A stretch of 56,915 nucleotides of DNA from Acutalibacteraceae bacterium. Its GTDB lineage: Bacteria; Bacillota; Clostridia; Oscillospirales; Acutalibacteraceae. The stretch spans positions 1 through 56,915 of the forward strand of contig JAZNBP010000120.1 of assembly GCA_045587085.1 (NCBI GenBank), written 5' to 3'. Under the pieces are notes generated by a model that made no database searches, had not been told where the DNA came from, and saw only the letters and a program-made list of their open reading frames with translations. The number at the start of each line of letters is the position of its first letter. Position 1 is the first letter of the stretch. Both the position numbers and the translations under genes were made by a program. Below, in pieces: positions 15,680 through 25,674 of this stretch.

Positions 15680-16071
15680 TATGCTACCTCCAAGAGTTTA
15701 TAGGAAAGATAAGAGTTTCCGTTCTCGTCTTCTACAGTATCAAATACAACCTTTACAGAAGAGGTAACTTTATTTACTGCGTCTATAATGTCCTGAATGA
15801 GTTGCATTACAGATATTTCTTCTCTGATAGCCTGACTCCACCTGATTCCGTCATCTACATCAAGAGGGTCAAGACCTTTTTGGAATATAGTTGCAAGAGC
15901 ACAAGCCTGCTCTATTTCGTCCCTACCTTCGACAGTCTCACAATTAGCTATTGTTTCAACATCGTCGATAGTCTCAAGCTGAGGGATGATATCTATAATA
16001 TCAGGAACGAAAACATTCTCGTCACCTAAAGGTTGTGAAACTGTCTCTTTTTTATAAACCTTAATATCCAT
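15679..16071 (-). CDS. Baseplate wedge protein (gp25 / gpW position), apparently leaderless
   Basis: Synteny; no SD; promoter -10 ends 6 nt before the ATG. Confidence 0.4.
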   Translation of the reverse strand: MDIKVYKKETVSQPLGDENVFVPDIIDIIPQLETIDDVETIANCETVEGRDEIEQACALATIFQKGLDPLDVDDGIRWSQAIREEISVMQLIQDIIDAVNKVTSSVKVVFDTVEDENGNSYLSYKLLEVA

Positions 16072-16077
16072 ATTTAT

Positions 16078-16106
16078 ATTATACTTCGCTTGTTAAGTAT
16101 CGTCAA
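16078..16106 (-). promoter_or_regulatory. Sigma70-type promoter immediately abutting ATG 16071
   Basis: Minus strand TTGACG (16106-16101) N17 TATAAT (16083-16078), then ataaat ATG. Confidence 0.55.
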
Positions 16107-16113
16107 GTTAATG

Positions 16114-16494
16114 TCATAGAGCTGTAACGTCTGTCTGACCTGCTGAGGAAACTTTTACTTTTATTAACCCTGAAGCTGATTGGTTTCCTGCTGTTCCGTT
16201 AATAGTAACTTCTCCTGATAAATCACCTTCAAGAACAGCTGTAAAATTATCAGGAAGAGAGATAATGTTTTCTCCTGTAGCTATAATAGAACCTTCACCT
16301 GTACCGTCATTATTAGTTACAGAACCACCGCCATTCGAGCCTGAAACCTTGAACTTTATCTCTTTGAAATAAACTCCCTTATTATTAATCAGTATTTCTT
16401 CTGAAGCTTGATTAGGCTCTATGGTAATTGTTCCTGTTGCAGGAGCTACAGGCTCAAGAATACATCCGTCTACAGCAATTGCTTTTCCACTCAT
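16114..16494 (-). CDS. Baseplate/spike-associated small protein
   Basis: Synteny after the spike gene; Gly/Ser/Thr-rich beta-like sequence. Confidence 0.35.
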   Translation of the reverse strand: MSGKAIAVDGCILEPVAPATGTITIEPNQASEEILINNKGVYFKEIKFKVSGSNGGGSVTNNDGTGEGSIIATGENIISLPDNFTAVLEGDLSGEVTINGTAGNQSASGLIKVKVSSAGQTDVTAL

Positions 16495-16496
16495 AA

Positions 16497-17432
16497 TTAC
16501 GCCTTAATAAATAGCTTGCCGTTAATTGTAACACCTGAGTTATCTGACTCTATGTTACATCCGTTCTTGTCCTGTAAAGTCATTCCTGAACTTGTAAAAG
16601 TAAGAGCTGTCTTTGCGTCTTTATTATGAATATAAGAAAGATAGCCGTCAGCTCCTATTGTTGCCGTAGCATTATACTTACTGCTGTCTGAATCGTACGA
16701 AACATCAGCCGTAATTGCTCCGTCAGCTCCTATCGTTGCTGTAGTTTTATATTTACTGTTGTCTGAATCGTACGAAACATTAGCTGTTATAGCTCCGTCA
16801 GCTCCAAGCTGTAAATCCGTAGCGTCATTCTTAACTTCTACAGCTCCGTCAGCTCCTGCTGTAACAGTGAGGTGGTCTTTGTCGTTATCTTTATCATATC
16901 CAATACCAATAGACACAGCTCCTTCTTCTGTAGTATCTATTGTAAGGTTGTTCACGTCATCTTCTTTGTTGTAGCCAAGCTTCAGACTAAGCTTGCCTTC
17001 TTCAATCTGAATCATATTCTTATGAGAAGCCGTTTTATACTGATTGAATAAAATAGCTATCCCTGCTGTCAGGCTGTATCCCTTTACCCTTTCATTCACT
17101 ATAATGTTTGTTTTATCACTGTCAGATTCAGGAATAGTGAACATATTTTCATCGTAAGCACGAGGATAGACAACTAACACTCGGTCGCCAACTTTAGGTG
17201 TAATATCAAGAGTGAAAGCTTCACTAGCTATGTTAGCTAATACACAAGTCATAATAACTATATCCTGCTGTGTTCTAGCTACAGCAAGGGAAACATCTAC
17301 AATTCCCTTAGCGTCATCCCGAACTTTCTGCACAATCCCGAAATCTATAATACAACTGCGTTTGACTATAGCTTCAACTGCTGAAGTAAAGTCTAGTCCT
17401 TTCTCTCCTGCTGTAAAATTAATATCTGCCAT
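16497..17432 (-). CDS. Baseplate central spike (gpV / Mu gp45-like) with repeated beta-helix tail
   Basis: N-terminal GIVQKV..VDVSL..P.VGDRVLVVYPR pattern; C-terminal IGADGAITA(D/N)VSYDSD.SKY..TAT repeats. Confidence 0.5.
   Translation of the reverse strand: MADINFTAGEKGLDFTSAVEAIVKRSCIIDFGIVQKVRDDAKGIVDVSLAVARTQQDIVIMTCVLANIASEAFTLDITPKVGDRVLVVYPRAYDENMFTIPESDSDKTNIIVNERVKGYSLTAGIAILFNQYKTASHKNMIQIEEGKLSLKLGYNKEDDVNNLTIDTTEEGAVSIGIGYDKDNDKDHLTVTAGADGAVEVKNDATDLQLGADGAITANVSYDSDNSKYKTTATIGADGAITADVSYDSDSSKYNATATIGADGYLSYIHNKDAKTALTFTSSGMTLQDKNGCNIESDNSGVTINGKLFIKA
16645..16794. repeat. 75-bp tandem duplication (2 full units plus partials) inside the spike gene
   Basis: ccgtcagctcc restarts at 16645, 16720 and 16795; units about 85-90 percent identical by eye. 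Confidence 0.8.
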
Positions 17433-17441
17433 TTTAATCTC

Positions 17442-18836
17442 CTATAGTTTTGAATCACGAGCACTTACAGCTGTGATGTGAACCTCATTGATGTCTTCCT
17501 GAGTTGCAAAAGTTATTGAAGCACTGATAACTAAGAATCTTGTTATCGTTGGTGCGTACGAAGCATAATAAGAAACTGTGCTTGTAAGAGCATATCTTGA
17601 AGCAAACTCCACATACTGAAATGGCTCAATGAATGTAAAGAACGGGCAAGTGATTGTTGCAACAGCGTCTATGTTAATGTTGTAAACAGCAGGAAGCTTA
17701 CCGTCATAAAGCTGTTTGTTAGCCAACACTGTATGCTTATACAGATTCTGTTTGTCATAAGCGTCAGCTATTCCTTGTATATTCTCTACCATTTCTTTCG
17801 GAGTGTAAATAAGAACATCCCCTTCGTTCGAGAAGGTAAACTCAAGCTCTGCGTCAAGAAAAGACATAATTCTTGCAATAGTTTGTCCTACAGTCCACCC
17901 TGCTTCAAAGTAAACATTCTGCTCAACTTCCTTACCTGTAGCGTCGAGCTTCTTCTCAAGCTTCAGGCTCTTAACTTCATCTGAGAGATAAACCTTCACG
18001 CCATAAGTCTTAGCGTCAAGCTCTGTCATCTTTCCTTCAGTATCAACTACTAAAGCTACAGGAAGGCTCTTTATATCAGAGACAGGAACGTTCTTCTTGA
18101 GCATATGAACGTTAGTATTGTCTACAACCTTACTGTCATTAAAGTAACGTCTTGTTATATTCTCAAAGAACACCTGCTCTAATTCTGTTCCTGACTTAGC
18201 TACAGGCTGAGCAATTGCTTGAATCGGTGATACAACGCTTGTTATTGCTACAGGGTCAGTAAACACTTCCCCTACATATCCGTGCATATGGAGCACAGAA
18301 TCAGGAGGAAGCTTGTCGTTCGTAACTACTACAGGAGCTTTCATAATAATCTTATCAGCTCCGTTCTTTGCTTCGAGCTTGAAATAATCGTTGTAGCTTG
18401 GTACTTGATTTTGCGGTAGCTTAAACTGCCCCCAATATCCCATAACAATTTCAACTGTCTCAATTACATACTGAGACTCGTTAAAGCTCCTGAGGTGCTT
18501 ACCGTCTCCTGTAACCATAAAGAAGTTAGTTACAAAGACATCAATTGATGTTCCTGTGTTTGATGTTACAAGCTTAGTTTGAACCTTTATTGAAGGCTTC
18601 ATACTACATCGTCGGATGATATATTTACCATTACCAATAGTAATTCCTCCAAGATTATCGAAGGTCTGATTCAACCAAACAAGCTCATAATCACTGCGGA
18701 TGACAAAAGACTCTCTTATTCCTGTAACTTTATTATAACAGTTAAGCTTGAGATTAATTATTCTGTCAAATATGTCTCCAATTTGCAGATTTACCTTCTG
18801 CTCATTGGGTATAAGTTGTGCTCTTTCAATCTGCAT
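17442..18836 (-). CDS. Baseplate hub protein (Mu gp44 / P2 gpD position)
   Basis: Synteny and size (464 aa). Confidence 0.35.
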   Translation of the reverse strand: MQIERAQLIPNEQKVNLQIGDIFDRIINLKLNCYNKVTGIRESFVIRSDYELVWLNQTFDNLGGITIGNGKYIIRRCSMKPSIKVQTKLVTSNTGTSIDVFVTNFFMVTGDGKHLRSFNESQYVIETVEIVMGYWGQFKLPQNQVPSYNDYFKLEAKNGADKIIMKAPVVVTNDKLPPDSVLHMHGYVGEVFTDPVAITSVVSPIQAIAQPVAKSGTELEQVFFENITRRYFNDSKVVDNTNVHMLKKNVPVSDIKSLPVALVVDTEGKMTELDAKTYGVKVYLSDEVKSLKLEKKLDATGKEVEQNVYFEAGWTVGQTIARIMSFLDAELEFTFSNEGDVLIYTPKEMVENIQGIADAYDKQNLYKHTVLANKQLYDGKLPAVYNINIDAVATITCPFFTFIEPFQYVEFASRYALTSTVSYYASYAPTITRFLVISASITFATQEDINEVHITAVSARDSKL

Positions 18837-19128
18837 ACACTTCTATCGTACAGTACCCCATATTGTCAGAAGTAAGTACTTTTCCCTCGTATTCTTTGTA
18901 TTCAGTATTAATCTTCATTAAATCATTACCAAGTCCTATAACACAAGGACATTTAGTAATGTTCTCCTCTATATCCCAAATCTCAATATTGATTGCCTTT
19001 ATCTCAGCAGAAACTCCGTCAGATAAAAGGCTTTCATCAACTCTATTAAGAACCATTATACTACCGTCAGGAAGAGGTGTCGAGAAAAAATCATTTGTAA
19101 AAGTTACCTTGTCAAGTTCTATAGTCAT
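18826..19128 (-). CDS. Small tail/baseplate protein
   Basis: GGTGAG SD; synteny. Confidence 0.4.
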   Translation of the reverse strand: MTIELDKVTFTNDFFSTPLPDGSIMVLNRVDESLLSDGVSAEIKAINIEIWDIEENITKCPCVIGLGNDLMKINTEYKEYEGKVLTSDNMGYCTIEVYAD

Positions 19129-19129
19129 A

Positions 19130-20104
19130 TTATCTCACCTTATTGTATTTGTTTATAATATTGAGAAGGTCTGTTACCTTTCCTTCCTCACCACCTGCCA
19201 TATTAAGAGCCTTAATTGCAAGCTCACCGTTGGCTTGAAGTATAGTGTTCTTTCGTACGAAAGCTTTGCCTGAAACAAATCCCTCAGGATACATAGAAAC
19301 GATAGGCATTTCCTGTACAGTCATTGTAGCTTCATATACTCCGTCTTCTGTACCTTCTTTTGTAATGTCCAAATCAACGATAGCTACGTACTTGTACTCC
19401 CAACTGTTCCATACCTTCATCTTAACTATGTGTCTCATCAACCACATAATCTCAAGTGACTGCTTGTTATAGTCAGGTTGCTGTACTGTATCTGTAATCC
19501 AATTATTCAAATCAAACTCAGAATAGTTCTGATTAATAAGCATACGAAGCAAGCCCTGAATAAACTTAAGATATGGTGTACTCAGTGTAGACCAAGCATT
19601 GAGATATTGTGTCGCTTCGTTCGATAAAGCTTCTACAACATTTCTTCCCTGTGTAGTACTCTTCAAAAGCTCTTCAGTTACAACTCTGTTCGTGTGTGAG
19701 TTGAACATAAAAGATTGGTCAAGCAAAGTAAGGTTATTGTACGGGATGATTACATCAAGCTTGTAAACCTTTGGTTTAATCACGATGTTGTCAGCAACTA
19801 CGTTAAGCAGACCTGAGTTCAAAGCAGGGTCAGAATCATTGGAAGTGAGTGTCTTAAACGGCACGCCTACTTTAGACATTTGATGAGAGTTATAAAATAA
19901 CATCTGTTTCTGACTTATCTCAGAACTCATAACCTCGTGATAACTCTTCACGTGGAAAAAAGCCACAGGAAAGGTAGCTTTAGGAGTATTGTTCGGATTC
20001 CAATTCACGTCATAAATATAGGTCATATTGTTAAGACGCTGAAGCATATCTTTATGGTAGCGAATCCCTGTAATAAATCTTAGTCCGTTCTTTGTTTGGC
20101 TCAT
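19130..20104 (-). CDS. Tail protein downstream of tape measure (Mu DNA-circulation-protein position)
   Basis: Start refined to MSQTKNG (ATG 20104) behind AAGGAG, 10 nt after the tape-measure stop. Confidence 0.45.
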   Translation of the reverse strand: MSQTKNGLRFITGIRYHKDMLQRLNNMTYIYDVNWNPNNTPKATFPVAFFHVKSYHEVMSSEISQKQMLFYNSHQMSKVGVPFKTLTSNDSDPALNSGLLNVVADNIVIKPKVYKLDVIIPYNNLTLLDQSFMFNSHTNRVVTEELLKSTTQGRNVVEALSNEATQYLNAWSTLSTPYLKFIQGLLRMLINQNYSEFDLNNWITDTVQQPDYNKQSLEIMWLMRHIVKMKVWNSWEYKYVAIVDLDITKEGTEDGVYEATMTVQEMPIVSMYPEGFVSGKAFVRKNTILQANGELAIKALNMAGGEEGKVTDLLNIINKYNKVR

Positions 20105-20114
20105 ATTACGCTCC

Positions 20115-22631
20115 TTAGAGTCTGTTAGCACCCTTATTTTTTCTGTAATCACTAGCAGGACGAGAGTAAGGTATAACCTTATTATCCTTAATTTCAACCT
20201 TATCGACAAGTATTCCGTTATGTCCTGTTCTGTTTGTTGTGAAGGATTCAAGCAATACATCACTTGCTTCCTTCTTTCCGTTATTATTCAAGTCAAGTAC
20301 TATCTTGTGTGTCACAAGACCGTTTGCTCCTCGCTCATCCATTGAGAAGATACTTGCGTTCTCATTAGTATATCCTACAGGAAGTTTACCCAAGACACCG
20401 CTTAAGTCAGCTCCGTAATCCTGATGTAACAGAGTGAGGTCGTAATATGGGTCAAGCTTAGATTTACCCGAGAGCTTATCAGCTCGTTTAAGTAAAACTT
20501 TCTCATTAAAGAAACGAGAATCGTGTTTATACATCCACATCCAAAATGAAGGAAAGTCTTCCGATTCATCATACATCGGAGCTTCACCAACTCTTTCGAG
20601 AGCTTCAGCCTTAGCTTCCTGTCTCCATTTTTCAGGCTCTTGTTTAACAGCAGGTAGCTTATCGTACTTAGCTCCTATATCTATTCCCTTCATATTCTTA
20701 GCTATAAGACCTAACTTCTTAGCTTTATCAAAGGTATCTTTGAATGAAAGCTTTCCGTCAGCTCCATAAGTTCTAAGCTCTACACCATAAAGCTTCTCAA
20801 GACTTCGAATAGTCATTTCCCAAGAGCGTTCAGTAGGATTCATCTTAGCATATTCTAAGTCTCCCATTTCAGCAGTCATATCAGATATGGCTTCTTTTTC
20901 AGCTCTCTTAATTCGCTCAGCTTTAGATAAGTTAGCTTCACTTTCTTTCTCTTTGTAAATCTTATCTTCTTCACTTTTGAGCTTCCTATTATAATCATCT
21001 AATTTCTTCTGATAATCCTTAGTCTCAGAAGCTCTTGCTTTATTGTAAGCTTCTCTTGCTTTGTTTATATCATAAGCGTTGTTCTCGGCTGTTTCTCTAA
21101 TCTCATCTTCAGTAATGTCATTCAAATATCTGTAAGCAGATTCATCCTTACCAAGCTGTGCTCGCTCCTTAGCCTGCTCATAAATTATGCTTTGTGTTGC
21201 TACCTGAAGCTCTTCTTGTGTTGGCACGGCGTAAGCAATCTTTTTGCTGAAAAGTCCTGTACCTTTATTTGCCGTTTCTGCTTCTCTCACAGCGTCCTGT
21301 AGAGCATAGTACCTAGCTTTCTGCTCAGGCTCTAGCTCATCCCAATTCTTCTCCATTTCAGTCATAGTAGCTTTAGCAGAAGAGATAAACTGTTCATTAG
21401 CTTGTTTATTTTCCTTGTTTCTTTCCTCTTTTTCTGATTGTGTCATTCCTATGCGTGAATCAGCTATACGTCTCAAGAGTTTAAGCAAAGCAGGAGCAAG
21501 TGATACTGCGATAGCGTCACGCACCTGCTCAATAACTTCTTTAAGAATATTCCATTCCTGACCAAGCTCTACAAGCACGTTTGTTCTTGCAGGGTCACTT
21601 GCGAATCCTCTTGCTGTCGGTACTGCATTTTTCCACTCAGCAAAAGTATCAGCCTGATTTCTAAACAGAGAATTGATGTTGTGCTGTTCCTCCTGCATAG
21701 TAGCGAAGATGTCAGCTATCTGTGGAGATATTTTAAGAAGATAACTGTAAAGCTCTCTTCTTGCTTGTTGCTCACCAACATACTGACCTATAGAGTTAAC
21801 ACCTGCATTTGCTTTCTCGTTAAATGTATCAAGAATAGATTCAAGAATCTTTTCAGGGTTGGAAGAACCAAGCCCCATTGTAGCCATTTCCTCAATCTTA
21901 CCGCCCATAACGACAGCAAGAGCTTCAAGGGAAGCTTCATCGAGAGTAGTTATGTTTCCAAACTTTCCCTGAATATCAGAAAGAGCTCCTGTAATTGTTC
22001 CTTCTTTTAATCCGTGTCTCTCTTCAACGTGACGGTACTGACGGACATTTTCATACGATGTTCCAAGATTGTGAGCTGTAATTGTATCCTGTACAGACTG
22101 AGAAGCACGAGAGAGGATAGACGAAAGAATCCTTCTTGTGATATTAGCAATCAGAGTGAGTGTACCAAGAATCTTAAGGAAAGTTCCTTTATGAAATCTT
22201 GTAGTTTCTGTCTCTTTGTTTGCGTCCTTATTCCTAGCAATTTCTTCAAGACTTTTTACAAGATTGTTTTCCTCATCTGTGAGGTCTCTAAGCTTAGTAG
22301 TTTTGTACTTAGATTGAGTTCCACCACTGAACTTCATCTTGTTTATAGCCTGAGCTATGGCTTTCTGAGCTACTTCCGCATATTGCTCTTTGACATAGAA
22401 GTGCTCAGTCATTTTACCAATCTGATTCTTTGCTACGCCTGTAGTAGCGTTGTAGTTGATGTCTTTAGGTGTAACGTGGTAGAAAGCGTCAGCAGGAAGA
22501 GCAGAGCGAAGGGCTTTTTCCATAAGCCCTCTGTCTCTATCATAGTCAGCCACAGCGTAAGCTTTAGTTGCTCTATCCTTAACGCTTCTTACTGTGATTC
22601 TCTTAAACTGTTCATCTAAGGTATTAGCCAT
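20115..22631 (-). CDS. Tail tape measure protein
   Basis: 838 aa, long helical/coiled regions, directly after the frameshifted chaperone pair. Confidence 0.6.
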   Translation of the reverse strand: MANTLDEQFKRITVRSVKDRATKAYAVADYDRDRGLMEKALRSALPADAFYHVTPKDINYNATTGVAKNQIGKMTEHFYVKEQYAEVAQKAIAQAINKMKFSGGTQSKYKTTKLRDLTDEENNLVKSLEEIARNKDANKETETTRFHKGTFLKILGTLTLIANITRRILSSILSRASQSVQDTITAHNLGTSYENVRQYRHVEERHGLKEGTITGALSDIQGKFGNITTLDEASLEALAVVMGGKIEEMATMGLGSSNPEKILESILDTFNEKANAGVNSIGQYVGEQQARRELYSYLLKISPQIADIFATMQEEQHNINSLFRNQADTFAEWKNAVPTARGFASDPARTNVLVELGQEWNILKEVIEQVRDAIAVSLAPALLKLLRRIADSRIGMTQSEKEERNKENKQANEQFISSAKATMTEMEKNWDELEPEQKARYYALQDAVREAETANKGTGLFSKKIAYAVPTQEELQVATQSIIYEQAKERAQLGKDESAYRYLNDITEDEIRETAENNAYDINKAREAYNKARASETKDYQKKLDDYNRKLKSEEDKIYKEKESEANLSKAERIKRAEKEAISDMTAEMGDLEYAKMNPTERSWEMTIRSLEKLYGVELRTYGADGKLSFKDTFDKAKKLGLIAKNMKGIDIGAKYDKLPAVKQEPEKWRQEAKAEALERVGEAPMYDESEDFPSFWMWMYKHDSRFFNEKVLLKRADKLSGKSKLDPYYDLTLLHQDYGADLSGVLGKLPVGYTNENASIFSMDERGANGLVTHKIVLDLNNNGKKEASDVLLESFTTNRTGHNGILVDKVEIKDNKVIPYSRPASDYRKNKGANRL

Positions 22632-22635
22632 TTTA

Positions 22636-23303
22636 TTACTCCTGCTTCATTATGTCTGATACGAGCTTGTTTACAGCACTGTCTGTATCTACATAGTTAC
22701 AGAACTCAAGGATGTCCAACCAACTCCTAGGCTCACAATGAAATCTGTCTATATAACGGTAGTATCTATAAACAGAATCACCGTATATGAACTTTTCCTT
22801 TATTTTCTCTTTTATCAGCTCGCTTAGGAAGTTGTTATCTTCACTTGATTCAGGCTCTTCTTCATAAGCTCTTCTCTCTCGCTCACTTTCGCCTGAATAC
22901 TTTTCAATGAGCGAGGATATTTTTTTCCGAGATACCCTGCAATAAACTCTACAAGCCAATTGACTATAATCGGGTATTCGTAAATGAAAGCTACTCCCCT
23001 CAAGTCCATATAACGATTAGTTACAACGAAGCGAGCTACCTCTTTTTCGACCGTACCTTCGACAAAGTAGATAAATACAGGTTTACCTACTAACATCTGC
23101 ATAGTGATGTCGTACATCAAATCAAAATTATCAGGGTCACTTACATCAAGTGCGTTAAGTGCTCTACACTCCTCAATCAGACGTATCTCAGTGAATCCGT
23201 TCGGAAACTCAAAACGGATTTTATTCTGCTGAACGTCTATTTTCTCTTCTTCATCCTGCTGTCTGCCTTTCAGGATTGAAGCGTCCAAAAAAATTTTGTT
23301 CAT
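22636..23303 (-). CDS. Tail assembly chaperone, -1 frameshift fusion product (G-T type)
   Basis: Slippery A_AAA_AAA at 22926-22920 in the zero frame (GGA AAA AAA UAU). ORF 22636..22959 is in the -1 frame and reads ..KKISSLIEKY.. from the slip site. Confidence 0.6.
22824..23303 (-). CDS. Tail assembly chaperone (zero-frame product)
   Basis: GAGGTG SD before ATG 23303 (MNKIF); located between tube and tape measure. Confidence 0.6.
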   Translation of the reverse strand: MNKIFLDASILKGRQQDEEEKIDVQQNKIRFEFPNGFTEIRLIEECRALNALDVSDPDNFDLMYDITMQMLVGKPVFIYFVEGTVEKEVARFVVTNRYMDLRGVAFIYEYPIIVNWLVEFIAGYLGKKYPRSLKSIQAKVSEREELMKKSLNQVKITTS

Positions 23304-23324
23304 ACTCTTTTCACCTCTACACTC

Positions 23325-23366
23325 ATTATAAAACAAAAAAGACGGTAAAGCAACCTTTACCGTCTT
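23325..23366 (-). terminator. Rho-independent terminator after the tube gene, overlapped by a possible promoter
   Basis: Minus strand AAGACGGTAAAG gttg CTTTACCGTCTT, then TTTTTTGTTT. TTGCTT N17 TATAAT (23330-23325) overlaps it. Confidence 0.65.
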
Positions 23367-23395
23367 CTCGTACTAGTGTTGAGTGCTAATCAATA

Positions 23396-24232
23396 CTAGG
23401 TGTTATTGTCAGGGTTAGGGCTTGAAGCCTTTTCCTGAAGTACAGACTGTACATTAACAACACCACCCCAAGTGTTTGTGTTCTTAACACCGTTGTCTCC
23501 GCTGATTTCCTGTGAGTTATCAGCTCCTGCTGAGATTTCGTCAGCAATGTTGCTTCCAATATCAGGACTAAGTGAAGTTGCAACGAGAGCACCGCTTCCT
23601 GTTCCACCGTTTCCGTCAGCGTTCTGAATAGTGTAAGGACTGTAGAATCCTTCAATACCCTGCTGACTACCAACAGCCCAAACAGCCTTAAGGTTAGCGT
23701 CGCTGTTTTTACTTTCAGCCTGAATCCAACCTGAGTACAGAAGCTGTACATTGTAAGTTGGAACTTCATTACCTTCTGAAACGTCTGTAGGACACTGCTT
23801 AACAGTCACACCGTAGTAAACCTTTGTTAAAGCTTTACCATTTACGAAGTCTGTCTTTGTGATGATACCACCAACATTGTCACCAACTGACTGAATCAGC
23901 TGACATCCTGCAATGAAGTCACCTGTAGCAACCTCTCCTGTAGTTGGAACAGCAGGAATTGTGATAGTACCATTAAGCATTTTGTTTGTGATTGTAACAG
24001 TAGAACCGTCAATCAAAACTGTCTGTTTAGCCGAGTCCTGATTCTGATTAGCTTCGAAGAAGCGACCTTCGAGTTTACAGCTCGCAGAAACATCAATTTC
24101 ATCAATTGCTTTTCCGTTTTTGCTGTCGATAGCTCCTGCAAAGAACGGGTGACGGAACTTAATAATAGCTCCACCTGCCTGTCGGAAGTGTGAGCGTGGC
24201 TGTTTGCCTGCCCTGTTATTACCGTAAGCCAT
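23396..24232 (-). CDS. Tail tube protein
   Basis: Synteny sheath-tube-chaperones; AAGGAGG SD; terminator after it. Confidence 0.5.
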   Translation of the reverse strand: MAYGNNRAGKQPRSHFRQAGGAIIKFRHPFFAGAIDSKNGKAIDEIDVSASCKLEGRFFEANQNQDSAKQTVLIDGSTVTITNKMLNGTITIPAVPTTGEVATGDFIAGCQLIQSVGDNVGGIITKTDFVNGKALTKVYYGVTVKQCPTDVSEGNEVPTYNVQLLYSGWIQAESKNSDANLKAVWAVGSQQGIEGFYSPYTIQNADGNGGTGSGALVATSLSPDIGSNIADEISAGADNSQEISGDNGVKNTNTWGGVVNVQSVLQEKASSPNPDNNT

Positions 24233-24246
24233 TTCCCATTACCTCC

Positions 24247-25548
24247 TTAGAACGAAATAGAACCTGAAACGTTAACGCCTTCAAGGTCGTCAACGTATAC
24301 AGCTGACCACACAGCAGTACCTTCGAACCAATTTCCTTTCTTTGCTTCTGCAAAAGGAGGGAACTTAACAACGATGTCTGTAAGTCTTCCAATGGAAGCA
24401 AACTTAGCAACGTTGTTGATAAGGAATGACTGAAGCTGAGCATATGTCTCCTGATTTACAAGTACAGGGCTTGTAAGAGTTGCAATTGCTGTAGCATATT
24501 TAGCCATATCCTGAGAAGTTGTGTAGTCAATCCACTTAGACATTGCATATGCTGTAGCAGGCATATTGTTTACACTTCTGTCACGAATGAGTTCTGCGTT
24601 GCTCTGTGAATCATCTGCAATAGAAATGAAATAACCAACATTCTTGTCATCAAGGATTTCATAGATTGAGCTTGGTAAGTTAAGGTTAACATCACTGTTA
24701 AGTGGTGAAGGATTTCCTGTAGGTTTAACCTTATTGCCTGTAAGACGAATCTTAGCAAGCTTGTTTCCAATGAACTGACCTGAAGCGTTACGTGCTTCAA
24801 ACCAACGTCCAAAGATAATTGGAAGCATATAACTTCCATTGTGGATGATAATATTTGTGTGGCTTCCTCCAATGAGGTTTACGTAGCCCCAAAAATATTC
24901 TGCACGGTCAGCGACTGTAGAACCTACAAGAGTTGTACAGTGAGTTGTCTCATCGCCTTTTGTAAGTGACTGAACTTTACAAGCATTTGTGTCTGTAACT
25001 CCGTCATATACGGCTACTTTAACTTCAGACAAACACCAAGAAAGTGTAGCTTCAATCTCACAAAGATATGACAAACAAAGAGCCATATCAAAGTAATTTG
25101 AATCATCATAGTCTGTAGCCTGAGCAGGGTCGGATTCTACCTTGCTACCGTCATAATGTTCTGAGAACATTGTCTTGAACAGAGAAATGAAATAAAGCTC
25201 GTTGAAAGCTTTAGTCAAAGGTGTCCAAGTAATAGCTCCTGCTGTAAGTGTAGGAGCGAAGCCTGTGTCATCAAATACGATAACATAAAGCTTAACGGCA
25301 AAGTTTGTACCGTCATTGAATACAGGAAGCCACTGTGAAAGAAGTGGACTGCCTTCAGCCAATACGTTCTTGTAGTTATCTACTGTTACTGCAATCACAG
25401 CATAGTTATTTGCTGTTACAGCAGTAGGGTCATAAGCTTCAGCTGACAATTGAGCCTGAGCCAATGACTTAGGAACGTAAATTGAAATTGCATTGAAGAG
25501 GTCTTCTGCTACACCCTCTGTCTCAGCGAGACGAGAACGAAAACGCAT
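24247..25548 (-). CDS. Tail sheath protein
   Basis: 433 aa, immediately upstream of the tube gene; implies a contractile tail. Confidence 0.5.
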   Translation of the reverse strand: MRFRSRLAETEGVAEDLFNAISIYVPKSLAQAQLSAEAYDPTAVTANNYAVIAVTVDNYKNVLAEGSPLLSQWLPVFNDGTNFAVKLYVIVFDDTGFAPTLTAGAITWTPLTKAFNELYFISLFKTMFSEHYDGSKVESDPAQATDYDDSNYFDMALCLSYLCEIEATLSWCLSEVKVAVYDGVTDTNACKVQSLTKGDETTHCTTLVGSTVADRAEYFWGYVNLIGGSHTNIIIHNGSYMLPIIFGRWFEARNASGQFIGNKLAKIRLTGNKVKPTGNPSPLNSDVNLNLPSSIYEILDDKNVGYFISIADDSQSNAELIRDRSVNNMPATAYAMSKWIDYTTSQDMAKYATAIATLTSPVLVNQETYAQLQSFLINNVAKFASIGRLTDIVVKFPPFAEAKKGNWFEGTAVWSAVYVDDLEGVNVSGSISF

Positions 25549-25674
25549 AAACCTTTCTGCTACCGAGCCAACGTAGTTGAGATTCGTAGTAGTTTCTCCT
25601 TATACATTTTATTAAAGGTATGTATGGGTGTTATGCAAACAACCTCTACCCTGCATTGCAATAGTCCGCTATGC

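Noticed and set aside
25549-25620. Strong AAGGAG 47 nt upstream of the sheath ATG, suggesting a longer N-terminus or a non-AUG start
   Set aside because: The in-frame upstream stretch opens right after a TAA and contains no ATG, GTG or TTG, so ATG 25548 is kept. The stray SD-like sequence may be a standby site or chance.
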